Source: Trichinella spiralis (Eukaryota). Taken from it: a stretch of 64,000 nt of DNA. A program made the position numbers and the translations under genes. The notes under the pieces are model-generated. The model was not told where the DNA came from and did not search any database. It saw only the letters and a list, made by a program, of their open reading frames with translations. Location: contig NW_003526943.1 of NCBI RefSeq assembly GCF_000181795.1, positions 6,418,219-6,482,218 on the forward strand. Reading direction: 5' to 3'. Shown in pieces: positions 1 through 18,331 of the stretch; position 1 is the stretch's first letter; every line of letters starts with the position of its first letter.

Positions 1-254
1 TTCGTCGACTTGGACTGTCGCCAGTATTTTTCCTTGTTTGTTTGTTTGGTTGTTTGTTTGTTTTTGTGAAGAAAAGAAATTGTTGGAAAAGGAGATTTTT
101 TTTTGCAAACAGAAGAAGAAAAACGCATACCTACGTACGTACATACATACATCTTGAAGTTGAATATTGAGAAAAGTGAAAATTCATTACCCGACAGTGT
201 GTGTGTGTGTTGTGGTGAGAAGAAATTTGAAATAAACTAGAATAGAAAAGTGCA

Positions 255-527
255 ATGAAAACTTTCCAAGCTTATCTGCCGTCTGGTGGCCGTACGTACA
301 GCTGCGTGCATTGCCGCGCCCATTTGGCAAATCACGACGAACTCATTTCCAAGGTGAGTAAATTTTATTCCATTATTTTCAATAAACTCTCCATTCATTC
401 ATTCATTCTTTCTTTCTTTCTTTTCATCTTTACAAATATTTAATATCGTTCTTTTCTAATCATGCTATTATGGTAATTTTCAGTCATTTCAAGGCAGTCA
501 AGGCAAGGCGTATTTGTTCAATTCTGT
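255..527 (+). CDS. YPEL: Yippee-like protein (YPEL1/2/3 type), first two exons only (255-353, 484-527)
   Basis: MKTFQAYLP...[34 protein letters not shown] with GTGAGT and GTAAGT donors. The remaining exons are not visible before the N-gap at 2519. Confidence 0.9.
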
Positions 528-2518
528 GTAAGTGAATTTTAATTTATTATTATTATTATTATTCCATTTTCCATATTTGGATATTTGCTCGGTTCGCAAA
601 TAAGCTAGTATAGCCAGCGGCCAAGCACCACGCATATGCTATTATTATCATTAGTTGTTGATGTTGCTAATATTTGACACGACCTCTCTCTCCCTGTCTC
701 TCGTGTGCTCAGCTTTCTGCGTTTGCTTCAACTAGACGACAAACAATCACCACACTGCGAAAATATATATTATTTCGGTCGATCTCTCTCTCTCTTTCTC
801 TTTTTTCTTGGCCTCTGACTCTCTGACCCTACCGGATATGGCTTGTTTTTTTCCATCCGTATGCTTTCTTCTCTTTTGTTCGGATGTCAATGACTGAGGA
901 CGACAGTAATACAACTACTAATTAACATTGTCAAATAGTCATATTTCATCTCCTCTTATGCATATTATTCTTTTATTATTAATTTTCCATCAACAAATAT
1001 GAACAAAGTTGGAATTAGTTCAACAAAAAACATCACGAAAATTATCTACTATTTTGAAATTGAAAAATATGATTTGGTTGTTTTACTGTTTAAATCATAT
1101 GTTTGTACTTTATTTGCATTGCATTTCGTGTTGCTTTTATTCTATCAAATGCACGGCAAATAGTAATAGTACAGCTATGGCGTTGTTCTGTTTGCATGAA
1201 AAGCAACGATAAAAAGCAAATATTGCATCAGTATATATATATATTATTTATACAAAATTTGTTTTTGTTTTTTTTAATATTTAAAAATTCTCTTTTGTTT
1301 GTTCAAATTTGTATCTCCATTGCAACAATGCAAAATAGCAAGCAGATGAGATGAGCAAATTTTCTTTTTGCTAATGCTTGCAATAAATAGATTTATTTTC
1401 TTCTACGAATTGATTATGATAATTTTTCCTAATTAATAAATTTCTGTTCCAAGTTGGTAAGAAAATTGTAATTTATTCGTGTTTATTTGTTTATTTTTGG
1501 TGTTGTGAAATACCGTCAACAGATAGATGTATTAGCAGTTTGTTTGTTTGTTTGTATGCTTGTTTTCTTTCAGAGCTGGCTGACGTGACGTGACGTCAAA
1601 AAATATATATACATAATTTGAAAAGGGAGAAATAATCATCAGTTATTTTTTGCGTGTTTGGTTGGTTGGTTCTTGTTTGTTCTTTTTTCGCAGATTTTAC
1701 CGTATACGTAAGGAAGTAGAACACTGAGAAATATTTGACAGTTGAGGAAGAAGAGGTTTTTCTGATGTTGTTTATAATTTTAGCAAATTTTCAAATTTCC
1801 CTTTTCCATTTTCTTAATCTTATCCAAAGCAAGATTATACCATGTTTGAAAATTTTCCACGCAACTTATATTTTTTTAGTATTAATGCAAAAAGTAGCTT
1901 CATCATGAAACAAGTGTACAACTTTCGTAGTTTGCTTCTTCTGAAATCCGCTTGTTGTTGCTGTTGGTGTTCCCTTTTGCAATGGGGCAACGTTGCTTTG
2001 TCATTTTTGCCAAAGTGGAACGGTGATAGTAGAAATTGTCGCTGGCGTTCAATTGATGGAAATTAAATTGCTTTTCTGTTCGCATGCCATTGCAATAGCA
2101 CTTGGTCAACGAAAATTTTTATTATATGCGCATCCCAGCACAGCTGTACCGGTATTGTAGGGGTAACGGTCAGGAGGCTTACAGTAGGCGACTTGTTGGA
2201 AATGCAAAATATTTCATTATTAATTTTCTTTGTTTAAACATTGGATAGCATTTAAATGAATTGATTTTTTTCACTGTGTTAATGCTAATTCAAATTATTT
2301 GTCTTTTATTACTTTTTCTGTTATTACCAATATGCCTAAATGAAAGCAGATGTTGAAAGCATCGTCACTTTCGAGATTTTCTTGTAAATATTTTTATGAA
2401 AAGAAAAAAAAAATTTTTTTTTCTACTTGATAATAAATGGCCAACAGCAGCTTGATAATTATAACCTGATTTCCTGATGAATTGTTAATGGGTAGTGAAA
2501 AGCAGTTTTTTTGTTTGA

Positions 2519-2528
2519 NNNNNNNNNN
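2519..2528. other. Assembly gap
   Basis: Run of N. Confidence 1.
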
Positions 2529-3062
2529 TTTATTGTACCAAAGTGACGTTGTATCAAATGCGATAGTAATAATTCAGAAAAAACAATACAAAAAATAAGT
2601 TAAATAGCGATTTTTATTTTTTTACTAGCCAACAGCACTAACAACAACAATAAAAAACAACAGTGAACAGGATTAACAAAGTGGAAACAACGAAAAAGGA
2701 AAAAACTAAATAATACAATACAATGAAATGAAAAACCAATATAAATAAGCGGTGGCCAGGAGCATTCTTATCTTCTTCCTTGTTTCTTCTTCGGTCTATT
2801 ACCGATTTCCCTCCTGATATATAAATCTGCTCTCACTGTTTGTAAATTAATTTATTTCCTGTTGAAATTTATCAAGATTGGATATTAACTTCCGGGTGTA
2901 ATGTCAGAATACTGAATAATCTATTTGAAAAATCTGGAATGTTGTAACAACACTTCCAATTTCCGGGTTACAAATGGCACTAATGCTAACGTTACGCGTT
3001 AGCTCGCAATTTCACTTAATTTTACGCATGATTTCACGCATATGCCTTTGGCAAACATTCTT

Positions 3063-3074
3063 NNNNNNNNNNNN
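3063..3074. other. Assembly gap
   Basis: Run of N. Confidence 1.
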
Positions 3075-3105
3075 ACAAAATTGACAAAAAAAACCTCACA
3101 CATAC

Positions 3106-4286
3106 CGTGCTTTTCAAATTTTTAAAAAGATCTCCAACAACACCGCCACTCTGATAAATATCTAAAAATTCTACAGTTTTACATCAAGACAACCCACACA
3201 CACACACACACACATGCACGTCAAAAAACAGAATTTCCGTCTTTCTCTAGATTATGCATACAGTGGTGATGTTGAACATATTTGCTCTCAGTAAGTTGAA
3301 AATATTCGCAACTGGGCGTCGCGGAAACAAAAGTTCAAGGGATATTTTTAAAACACAAATTTTCCTTCGAAGCAAATCGCATTGAAGGCTTCTTTCACAA
3401 AAAACAGCAATTTCAAATGATAAAAACAATCGTAAATATATTTCACCCGTACCAGTCGGATTCTCTTGTTTTTCTTCTTCCCCACTGACAAGATGGTTCT
3501 CCAATTCGATGTTTCTTCTTGCCATTTCTTCAGGACTCACCACACCCAATGAAGATTCAACAGTCTCCACAGCAGTAACCACGCTGTCGCCTAAAATTCA
3601 AAAAAAACTTCAGAACAATGATGCACATTCTATCATTTCAACGCTCAGACCTATGATTTGGCCCAATGATTGCAAAGAATGGCCGGCTTTGAAAACCAAC
3701 GAACCCCAACCGCCGAACAAGCCCTCATCAGTTTGATTCGGTTCTTCATCTTTCACACCAGCAACTTTCTCTTCCGTAACGCCCTTCTCCGAAGTATCCG
3801 GCGTCTTTCTGGACTCCACTATTCCGTCACCTTCGTCACTTTTGCACTCACTTTTCTTGTCGCCATCAGCCACCTCTTCAACGTATGTCGGCTGTTTCCC
3901 TTCAACGTCCAGTTCAGAATTCCAATCCCAATCACCACCGGCCACTGTTCCTTCACTATCTGAGCGGTCTTCCACAGCGGCAAAAATGTCCAAACCATCC
4001 TGCTGGTCCACAGAACATGCTCTTGTACTACTGCCCTCGTTGCTATTGCTGCGTTCTTTCAAATGTTCAACATTCTTAGTCCCGGACCCACCTTTATCCA
4101 CAGAAATCTCATCTCCAGAAGATTCATCATAATCATCATCAGATTCATACATTTCAGAAAATTTCGAACCTAAACGTAAATATATAGAGGTTCCGTGACA
4201 AAGCTGCAATTCATCAGTAAAATATCAAATCAACAACACTCACATAGACCTTCGGTCGCACTGAGATACGCGTCATCATCGTCCAT
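3106..4286 (-). CDS. FAM114A (NOXP20)-like protein, 5' part; 3' end lost at the gap
   Basis: Spliced exons ~4286-4250, 4169-3652, 3590-3447 and 3161-3106 give an acidic N-terminus, then GLFGGWGSLV, VETVESSLGVVSPEEMA and LFKNLKST|. These resemble the FAM114A GGWGSWG / ETSLGIPSP / VQSTG motifs as I recall them. Confidence 0.65.
3195..3213 (+). repeat. (CA)n microsatellite
   Basis: cacacacacacacacacac in an intron. Confidence 0.9.
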
Positions 4287-4659
4287 GCTGTTCTATCATA
4301 CGAACTATGTAATAAGCAAAATAATAAAAAACACAAAATAATACAATCATCGATATCTCTTCAAAGTATCACACTTGAAATATCAACAACAAAATACAAA
4401 AGCAAAAATAATAACCCATTAAACACACTTTTTAATGCACAAACAGTTGAAATTAATCAAACCGATAAGCTCAAAAAATCCACTATCATATTAAAAACTG
4501 CAAAAAATAATGAAAAGCAGTTCATATTCACTAGCAACACTATCAAATCGAAACTATCTATCATCAAGTAATCAGCAGATGTCACAATGGGCAACATAAC
4601 ACCAACTTAAAATAGACAGAAACCATTACAAATATCGACGCATATTTGGCGAGCTTCAT

Positions 4660-9330
<4,671 letters not shown>

Positions 9331-10064
9331 CAGAAGACCAAGAAAACTTAAAGATCCATAACTCCGGAAATTTTCCCATTAAGGTGTAAATTTTATAAAC
9401 CAACCAAGCACATTCATCTGAAAGGAAATGCTTACAGCTCGTTTATGATAAAAGAAAAGTAGGCATAATTTTTTGGAAAAGTATTTTTTTATAAATATTT
9501 GTAATTAATATTATGAAAACAGCTCAAAATTCAAAGTATACCTATTGTACATTATTATACGTTATTACGTTAAAATGTTTTTATCTGAAAAAATGCATTT
9601 GAAATTTACCGAACTTTCAATACTGCCATACTTTATTGCTTTCGAAAAAGAAACAAAAAAGATTGAGAGAAACAGTTTAAATTAGGAAGGTTTCCTACAG
9701 TTTGAGATTATAATTTAAAGTTTTATATTATTACTGTTGCAATTATACCTGCAAATATTTAAACTTGTTACAGAGTGAGTTAATAAGAAGTTTATTTCTT
9801 TTACATTTTTCTTTCACCGTTGTAAGAAAAACTTTGCCAAAGTATGTTTTACGTTATTAATTTAAATTTAATTTATTATTAAATTTCATATTTATCAAAT
9901 AATTTTCTTATTTTGTATTATAATATGTTTGATTATTTTCATAGTTGATGTTGAGTTTACCTTAAGTTTGATGTAGATATTTTATGTAGCAAGTATATTT
10001 TTATAAATTAAGTGTTTGTGAAATAATATTGGAAATTTGAATTTTGCATTTGTTAAATCTTCAG

Positions 10065-11068
10065 ATGAGTATCATGGACCACAATGGTGGCATTGTGCTC
10101 GCAATGCGCGGTGGTGATTGTGTCACTATTGGATGCGATTTACGACTGGGCAGTCGATTCTTGACAATCATGAATGATAAGGAGAAGATTTTCCAAATAA
10201 CTCGTCGATTGTTTGTTGGAATTCCCGGTTTAGCAACTGATGCACAGACTATGCAAGTTTATTGTTATTGTTTTCATTTTTCATCGTAATATAATTTACA
10301 CAAATGAGTATGATCAATGCTTAATTGAAGAATGAAATTATTTTTTTAAATTATTTTATTGAGCAGAAAAGTTATTTATTTTTTAGAGTTGAAAAAATGT
10401 TATACCGTACCAGTATATATAATTTGCGAGAAAATCGCGATGTTACTCCGGAGGTATTTTCTCAAATGCTGAGCAATCTGCTATATGAGAACAGGTAGTG
10501 GTGGGCATATATGTTAATACATTAGCGATGGTTTGATAATGGTTACGTTACAGTGGGTGAATTTTGCAGATTTTCTCCTTACTTTTGTGAACCAGTGGTA
10601 GCTGGTATTGATTGGAAAACATCTGAACCGTACGTTGCCAACATGGATTTGATCGGTTGTATTTGCAAGCCGAATGATTTTGTCCTTTCTGGCACTGGTG
10701 ATTTGCAAATGTACGGCATGTGTGAGAGTGTTTGGGAGAAAAACATGGTAAGCTTCTTAATGATGTTTTCAAAAGTAAAGTGAAGAAAAGCAACAGCTTT
10801 GCATTCGTAGCACATGTGGTAGATTGATGTATACACGGATTATGGAATATTTGATGCTTTATTAACAACGTTTATTCGATTGTTTCATTTTTTTCTCGTG
10901 GTAATGTTTTATTGTTGTTCATAGGATCGGGATGCGGCGTTCGAAGCAACAGCGCAGGCGTTATTGGCTTGTATTGAGCGAGACGCAGCTAGCGGTTGGG
11001 GTGCGGTAGTTTACACAATTTCAAATGATGAAATTGATGTGAAATCAATCAAAGCACGTTTGGATTAA
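10065..11068 (+). CDS. PSMB3: Proteasome subunit beta type-3; exons 10065-10252, 10387-10494, 10570-10747, 10925-11068
   Basis: [16 protein letters not shown]..., [54 protein letters not shown]. Confidence 0.95.
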
Positions 11069-12299
11069 GGCTACTTTTGTGTTTTTAGTAATTCAATAAA
11101 ACTTGGCATTCATTTTGATTACACCAGATCTTGTTGTTTCTATGAGTGATTTGACAAGGGGAGATAGTAATTTATGTTTGTTGTGTTATTGTAATCAGAA
11201 TATGAAACTGGAGAGCGAGATAATAAATGGAATGTTAGATACTTTACAGTTGGGACCGTGAAAATTGAATTTATTTCTGAAGCCAGTCGTAAGATTGCGG
11301 TTCGGAACATTATAACTGTAACGATACTTGTTTCATGCTTCAACTAGGAGAATGATTGGAGTTTCACTTATCATTTTGTGCCTATGGAAACCAGTAGTGT
11401 AAATTTTTTGAAGCAACCAGTTTTTAATCGTAATAATAATAATAATTATGGTTAATACGTTTACGTAATTTGCTGATTCACCATTTCAAGATTGTGAGAT
11501 GAAGTATTCACAATTTTGTTTCCGATGTTTACATCGCATGTACAGTATATTAATGATGTTCAAGATTTTTCATTTTTATGTGCAACCGTTTCTTATTGCT
11601 GCGTTGCTGTGCAATTTTATTTAATAATTGCTTGTATTTTATTTCTTTCTTATTCATGTATATGCTATGTCGTTTGATTTATGTTTATTTTAGTAGCTAG
11701 TCAGTTTAGTTTTACTCAATGAATGTTTCAATTTAATGTTGTTTCTCTGCATTATTTCAAATGTTCGTAATTTTAAATTTGATTTAATTATAATGTAATA
11801 TTATGATAGTTTTTGAATTTACGAATGTTGCTTGAGGGGAAGGTTATGAATTGTGATGACGTTATCTTGATTGCTTTTCAAAAGGGGACAGTCAGGTTTT
11901 TGACGAATCGACTGGACGAATTTTTAATTATAAAAATTCTTCCTCCAAAACCTGTTAATTACTATTAATCATACAAGCGCTTTTATGGTCGACAACGTTA
12001 AATCGATTAATAAATAACTATGCATTTGTTTATATATTTATTTGTTGAGCACTGGAACAGCTGTGATATTTGTTTTCTACATTTGATTTGATTTCTGATT
12101 TGAAAACTTCAAGTTTTGTTTTTAGTGTCGCCTTTTTGAAAAGCAAATTCAGATTGTTATAATAATTTTTGCATATCTTGTAACAGAAGAAATGGAATTG
12201 TTTTTCTTTTTCACTTTCATATTTTTGGTGGTAGATATTCGAGGAAGTAAGAAAATTTTTTAATTTTGTCTTGCATCTAACAGAACTGTTCAAAATTAG

Positions 12300-14868
12300 T
12301 GTTGTTTGGAAAAATTGGTTACGAGTGCATTGATCAGAAAGTTTGCACCGATGAGCATTCTGAATGTCGCTTTGGTCGCTGTTATTGTAAATCTGGGTAT
12401 GATTACAGCTACAAAGAAGCTCACATCGCTTGCGTCATTCGTAATATAAAAATATTTAAATTTATTTCTTGTCATTTGTAACTTTTTAAGTTCCCAAACT
12501 TGGGCAGCAATGTGAAATCGAACATGACAGTAGACATCAAAGTTGCGCTGATCCACATGCAGTTTGCAGTGAAGGGTTATGCAAGTGCAAAGATTCTTAC
12601 ATAGAACGAAACAAAAGATGTGTTGTTGATGGTGAGAATTTAATTTATTATGTAGCAAATTTTATATTCATAATAAATTTTATTTCATCCGCTAACTAAC
12701 ATTGACGTTGAAATAAATTTGTAACGACAGGTGAAATTTTTTCAATATTCGTAAAGTTCCATCTTTATTATTTGTATGTTATGAAAATGTTTGACTAATT
12801 TCATCAGAAAATATGAAAAAAAATACATGTTTCATCAGTATTGAAAACCAGAAACGATTGTTTTTGAAGAATAACAGCATTTTATCAATGAATAATACGC
12901 CATGTTTAATATTTATAGGAAGTTCATTGACAGTAATTTAAAAAAATGATTTGTCATATTTTAGAAAATTTGTTGTGAATAAGATAAGCGTAAAATGATT
13001 TCTTGCATAAATACGAAAACGTTGAATTACTTTTTTAAATAGATCTGCTGTATCTATCCATGCATGCAAACGTTTTACATTACTTACATGTCAGTTTCAT
13101 TTTGTGTGAAATATTCTTTGTTGAATGTTAATAATAAATTGTATGGTTTAATCAGTGACGTTTCCGTTGATCATTTAGTTAAAACGTTGCATGAAAACTG
13201 CATTTCTAATCATCAGTGCATAACGCCATTTTCACATTGCAACGATGAAAACAAATGTGTCTGTCGAGCAAAATTTTCAGAAATCAATGGCGAATGTTAT
13301 CCAACAAGTAAGCAATAAATAAATTCATTTATGGATTATTGTAAAACCAAATAATTTCCCGTTTTTCACGCAAATGAATATTAATTGTAATGATTTTCCA
13401 TTGTAGAATATAATTGTTTGGAAGGAGAGCCAATTTTGCAAAATTCCCAACCAATCAACTGCAGCATTGTTGGTCGCCAACATCTCCACTGTCCAGAACA
13501 AAGTTACTGCGTTCCTTTTGACGAGCACGAAGGCCAGTGGTCATGTCAACAGGTGACCGTTTTTCATGGAATCTGTTGTCCAGTACCAAAAAGGGAGATC
13601 ATTCTGAAGCCTTCCTGCTTGGTTGGCAAACCCTATTCTATACCTGACTCCTGTCCCACCAGCTCCCACATCAGACACAAAGATCGGTTCATTCCTTGGC
13701 AGGATCGGCCATGCTGTCCCAGAGCTTGTCCACATGGTTATGGTAAATTTGGAAATAAATGCTACCAAATCAACCTTCTTCCCGGAGATTTATGCGAACT
13801 TGATGGACAATGTGCATGCGGGTTTTGCACTGCAAATTTACAAGGAGGTAATTTCATCTTGCTTTTCATCACACACGCACGTGCATATCCATAGTTTAAA
13901 TAAACAAATATTTTTATTTATATAAATCAGAGAATATTAGTTGGACAGTTGAAATAATCAAATTCATTTTCAATTGTCAGACTAGTTTAAAAGATAGTTT
14001 CAAATGGCCTGAATCGATCAATTCATTAAAGCCGGTTATTTGTAAAATTATTTCACCAGATCGTATCTATTGTGCATTTGGCAGTTATTGATCTTCAATA
14101 TTTTCATGTACAAGAAGCAAATCCAATAAATAAATAATTCACTGCAGCAAAAAATAATTTATCACTGTGAAATGCATTGAAAATATATCTATCATACATG
14201 ATGTGCATGTTCACAAAATGATTATTTTAGACTTGTGATAATTTAGACAGATATCTTGTTCATAACTATATAATCATATAATTATATGATATTGCAAATT
14301 ATTTTAATGCATCAATGTCAAAGTGAAGATTACAATTAGCATAAAAGTTTTTTAAATGCTCCGTGTAGGATGGTTTCAGTTTTTGCTTGACGATGCTTGA
14401 ACATGTTTAGGGTTCCATTTCTTAATGTGATGTGTTTTTTTGTAAGAAAACTGTTTCATATTTCAATCAAGCTTTTGTCAACGAGGGAGGGAAATTTTCT
14501 CGATTGTAAAAGTTGAAGGAATAAATGCATTTTATTAATCGTACTTTATTTGTATTTTACAATTTTTTAGAAAAAGCTTGCCAGTGCCAGCCAGGGTTCA
14601 CGGAACTGTACGGAAAATGTCACGGTAATAATTTTGATGAGAAATTTATTTTTTTTGTCTTGTTTAATTTTTGTTGTGTGTAAATTAAAAAAAATATTTT
14701 TTTCTTTTTTCAAAAGATGAACGCTGCTTCCACGGTGATCCTGCGATCGATTCGGATACCGGCGCTATTGTGCAGTGCGACTCAGAAAACGAATGGAAAT
14801 GCCCTGAAGATTACAGTTGTATTTCTGAATTTGGCCTCTGTTGTCCGAAGATTCCAATATACACATGA
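12300..14868 (+). CDS. Cysteine-rich extracellular protein with EB-module and WR1/lustrin-like repeats; start not identified
   Basis: Exons encoding C..QKVC...HSECRFGRCYCKSGY, LHENCISNHQCITPFSHC..KCVCRAKF, PGDLCELDGQC and CFHGDPAID...CPEDYSCISEFGLCCPK..*, joined by GT-AG introns. Confidence 0.7.
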
Positions 14869-17800
14869 AATTTGGAATTAAACAGAAATTGATTGAATTC
14901 ATCATAATAACAAAAATTGTTCATTTTTCGAAAATCTCCTGCATGAATCTTTCTTGTATTATAGTGCATTTTTTGGAGATGAAATAAAAAATAAAACAGC
15001 AAACTTATTGTAATGTTTCATAAATTAATTGTGTTTCTTATTGATACTGACATTAAACAAATATATGCAGCAAATATCCACATGTACATTTATTTGTTTT
15101 GTTCATAATTTTGTTTATTAAATTAATATCAAATTTTCAGATATTAATAATAGAGATACGTGAAAATCATATATAGACTTGAAAAAAAGAAAAATTTACA
15201 TATGAGATAATTAAATTTGGCAATTTCTGCTTGCACAGTAGTGTTGAAGCGTTGCAACTGGAAAATAGTTGTCCATGCATTTCAATGAAATGGAATTTCT
15301 GAATAATTCTCACAATCGTCTTCAGGAGAATTTGTCAAGGATTTGTGAAGCTTTTATTATTGAACATGCGAAATGCACTGCGAAAGCGAAATTTCGAAGA
15401 TCATCCAACTAATGCTTCGCTTCACCAACTTCAGCTGTTTACTTTGTTCCAAAGATTCTGCTCTCCTCTATACACTAAAGAAATTTCTTCACCAAATATT
15501 TTACTGCTGGAATTTCATTATTGAAATTTTTTCAATCTGACCAACATGAGCAATAATTATTCCAATTGAAACTAAAAAAGTATTTTATCAAAATAAAACA
15601 CGAAAAAAATTAAATATATAATTAACTTATAATTATAATATAGCAATTTTGATATCTTTTATTTGAAAAATATTATTTTTACAATTCATGATGTTTGACA
15701 AAAAAAAATTAAAATATCTTTTACAAAAACAAAGAAAAAACTTTTTCTGAACAGCAAGCTAACAATGCCGCCTTAAGTTGATTAGTCTAACAAGTGAAGA
15801 GTGTGGTGAATGGGGAATAATAAAATTGCTATGCAGGATGGCAGAAAAATTGCATTACAAAAGTTGACCATTGCTGTCAGTATCAGAAGGATCGGTCGAG
15901 ATCGTTGAGAATATTTTCTGCAGAATTAATTATTTTGGACATCTCACTTTTCAGAAGTTTGGTCAGAAAAACAATTTTATAATTTGTCATCAAGCTGCTT
16001 GTCTTCACCAAACAGGCGAGTTGTTCTTTTGTGAGAATCATAAAATTGAATTTATTTTATATATTCATATCAAAACAAAAATGCTATCGAAATAATTGAA
16101 CAATACAAATACGTTGCGTTATAATTTGTTCACTAATTAATTGCCGATTTATAATGTCAAGTGTTCGATGTAATAAATAATAAATCGAAATTTGTAGACG
16201 GAATAATAAGAAGAAGATTGCATTTAAGCTTCTTGAGGCATTTGTTGTTTTCAAATTTTTTCACAAAAGCAAAATTGAAACAAATTAATGCAAAGTTGTT
16301 TTGAAAAAGCAAAAATAATAACTTCACCCATAATGTTTATGAAAATATTTTTTCTGCACTTCTAATTTTGAATGATAATATTTTATTTTTGGCTATTAAA
16401 TTCAGTTTTTGTTCATTTATTTTATATTCTTCCGAAGAGGGTGCTTAAATTTTCGGCCAGTATTCAATTTTTGGAACAATCATCGCTTGAAGAGAAAAAT
16501 TGATTACCGACTATGAAAAATTGTAACAACAGCTGCCTTAATATTGCGTGGAAATTTTTAATTAAAATTTACAGTACTCTCCAGAGCATTCAGCGCGATA
16601 TTTACACTGTTTAAATTAAGTTTGCATTGAGGAGCCCAGTTTCCCAGAGGTATGAAAAATTTTTATAAGAAAAGCAGCCAGCCACCAGAAACGAAATAAC
16701 GATAATGTAGAAAAGTGGTCACCACATATTATATCTCTGAGCTGAGCAGCAAAACAATTCGTGCTCTTGTTGTTCGTGTTGTTGGAGTTTATCATATTTT
16801 ATTATTCAAAAATTCTGCAAGTTAAAATTTTTCAAGATGCTAAAAAATTTGCAACAACAGCAGTAAAAAATAAAAGGGTGAGGAAGGAATTTTTCTTATC
16901 AATGAAACATTTTCACAAGATTATTTATCACGTTATGCTTCTTCTCATGTTTCTGTATAATTGTTCCACTTGTTGCAAAAAGTATTGTTCAAAGGGCGAT
17001 ATAATCTGCAAGCTTTAGCTTCGAGTTGCAGCTGAGAAGACATGACGACGTGGCAGGGAATATTTAATACTTCCCTTTGACAAATGCCCTCCCCCTCTTA
17101 AGAAATAGAAGAATATCTGCTATTGGGGGAAGGGAGAGGGGGGAGGGGGGAGATCTGCAGAAGAGCATCAGCACTGCTTCGAACGGCGTTGAACGTTTTC
17201 CAATAAACATTGACAACACTGGGCAGTTATAATCCTTCTTTCTGGTAAGGTTGGCAAATTTACCACGCATCGTTATGTTCATTGTTCGACTTGGCCAATC
17301 GTATTGCAGTGATATCCCAGACATGATGTCGACGTAAATCTTCCTCCACTTGACACTTGATTAATTGTTTCCAAGAAGGAAGCGTTGCTATATTTTTCCC
17401 TTTCTCAGAAGCTTTTCCCTGTTCAAGTTTCTTCTTTCGGCTCACGTGAGAAGCTATTACTTTTTTTCTATTATTTTGCAATTCAATAATTCTCAATCTT
17501 CAACAATTCTTTTTATTAAAATGTAACATTTTCCTATTTCTACATCTTCCATAAAGTCCGTTGAATAATGCAAAATAAAAACTTATTAAAAATAATTTGC
17601 ACATTTGAAAAATTATATATTTTTAAATTATTTATTGTTCTAATTTGTAATGTGCTTTTATGTTATTTCAATTTATTAATTATAAAAATCAAGTAATTGG
17701 ATGAAATAAGCAGATGCTAATTCATTTATCTCAATCGTCAAATGAAAATATAAAATTATTGAAATGCCATCATATTTCACATATTACAATAAAAAAAAAT

Positions 17801-18331
17801 AAAAACTAATAGATTGAGAAAAAAAAGTAAAAGTATTGTATATTTACAAGTTGTCAATTTCGTTATCTGTAATGTGAATGTAAGGCGTTTAAAATTGCTT
17901 TGCTTAAAAATTTGTCGTTTGAAGTTGTTTTGCCAATAAATAATCCTAAGTGAGAAAAAAAAATTATAATTAGCCAGGATTAGATTTTGTTTTCCTGAGA
18001 CTGATTGTCAGTTACATTAATGCAGGAATAGAAAATTAAATTTGTCTGATTACTTTGCATCATGGATGTTTGTTGATTGCATGCCGTAAAAAATTTTTTT
18101 AATCAGTTTTGATCTATTGAATTCAATTAACAAAAGGACACTTGTTTCATTTAACAAATAAAACACCATTTTATAGCATTTCAAAAAAATTCGTTAATTA
18201 ATTAATTGTTGCTCTGTTGAGAAGAACCAACCCAAGAATGATATTATTTTCAGCTGCGAGAAGAAAATGGCCGCTTTTTGAATCGGTGGAAGAACCAAAA
18301 GCAGAAGGGTAAATTTGAATGAGCATCGTCG

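Noticed and set aside
15290..15412. 40-codon ORF in a mildly GC-richer patch
   Set aside because: No homology or splice support
17064..17496. Two short minus-strand ORFs, possibly a gene or transposon
   Set aside because: No recognisable domain, terminal repeats or consistent splice structure
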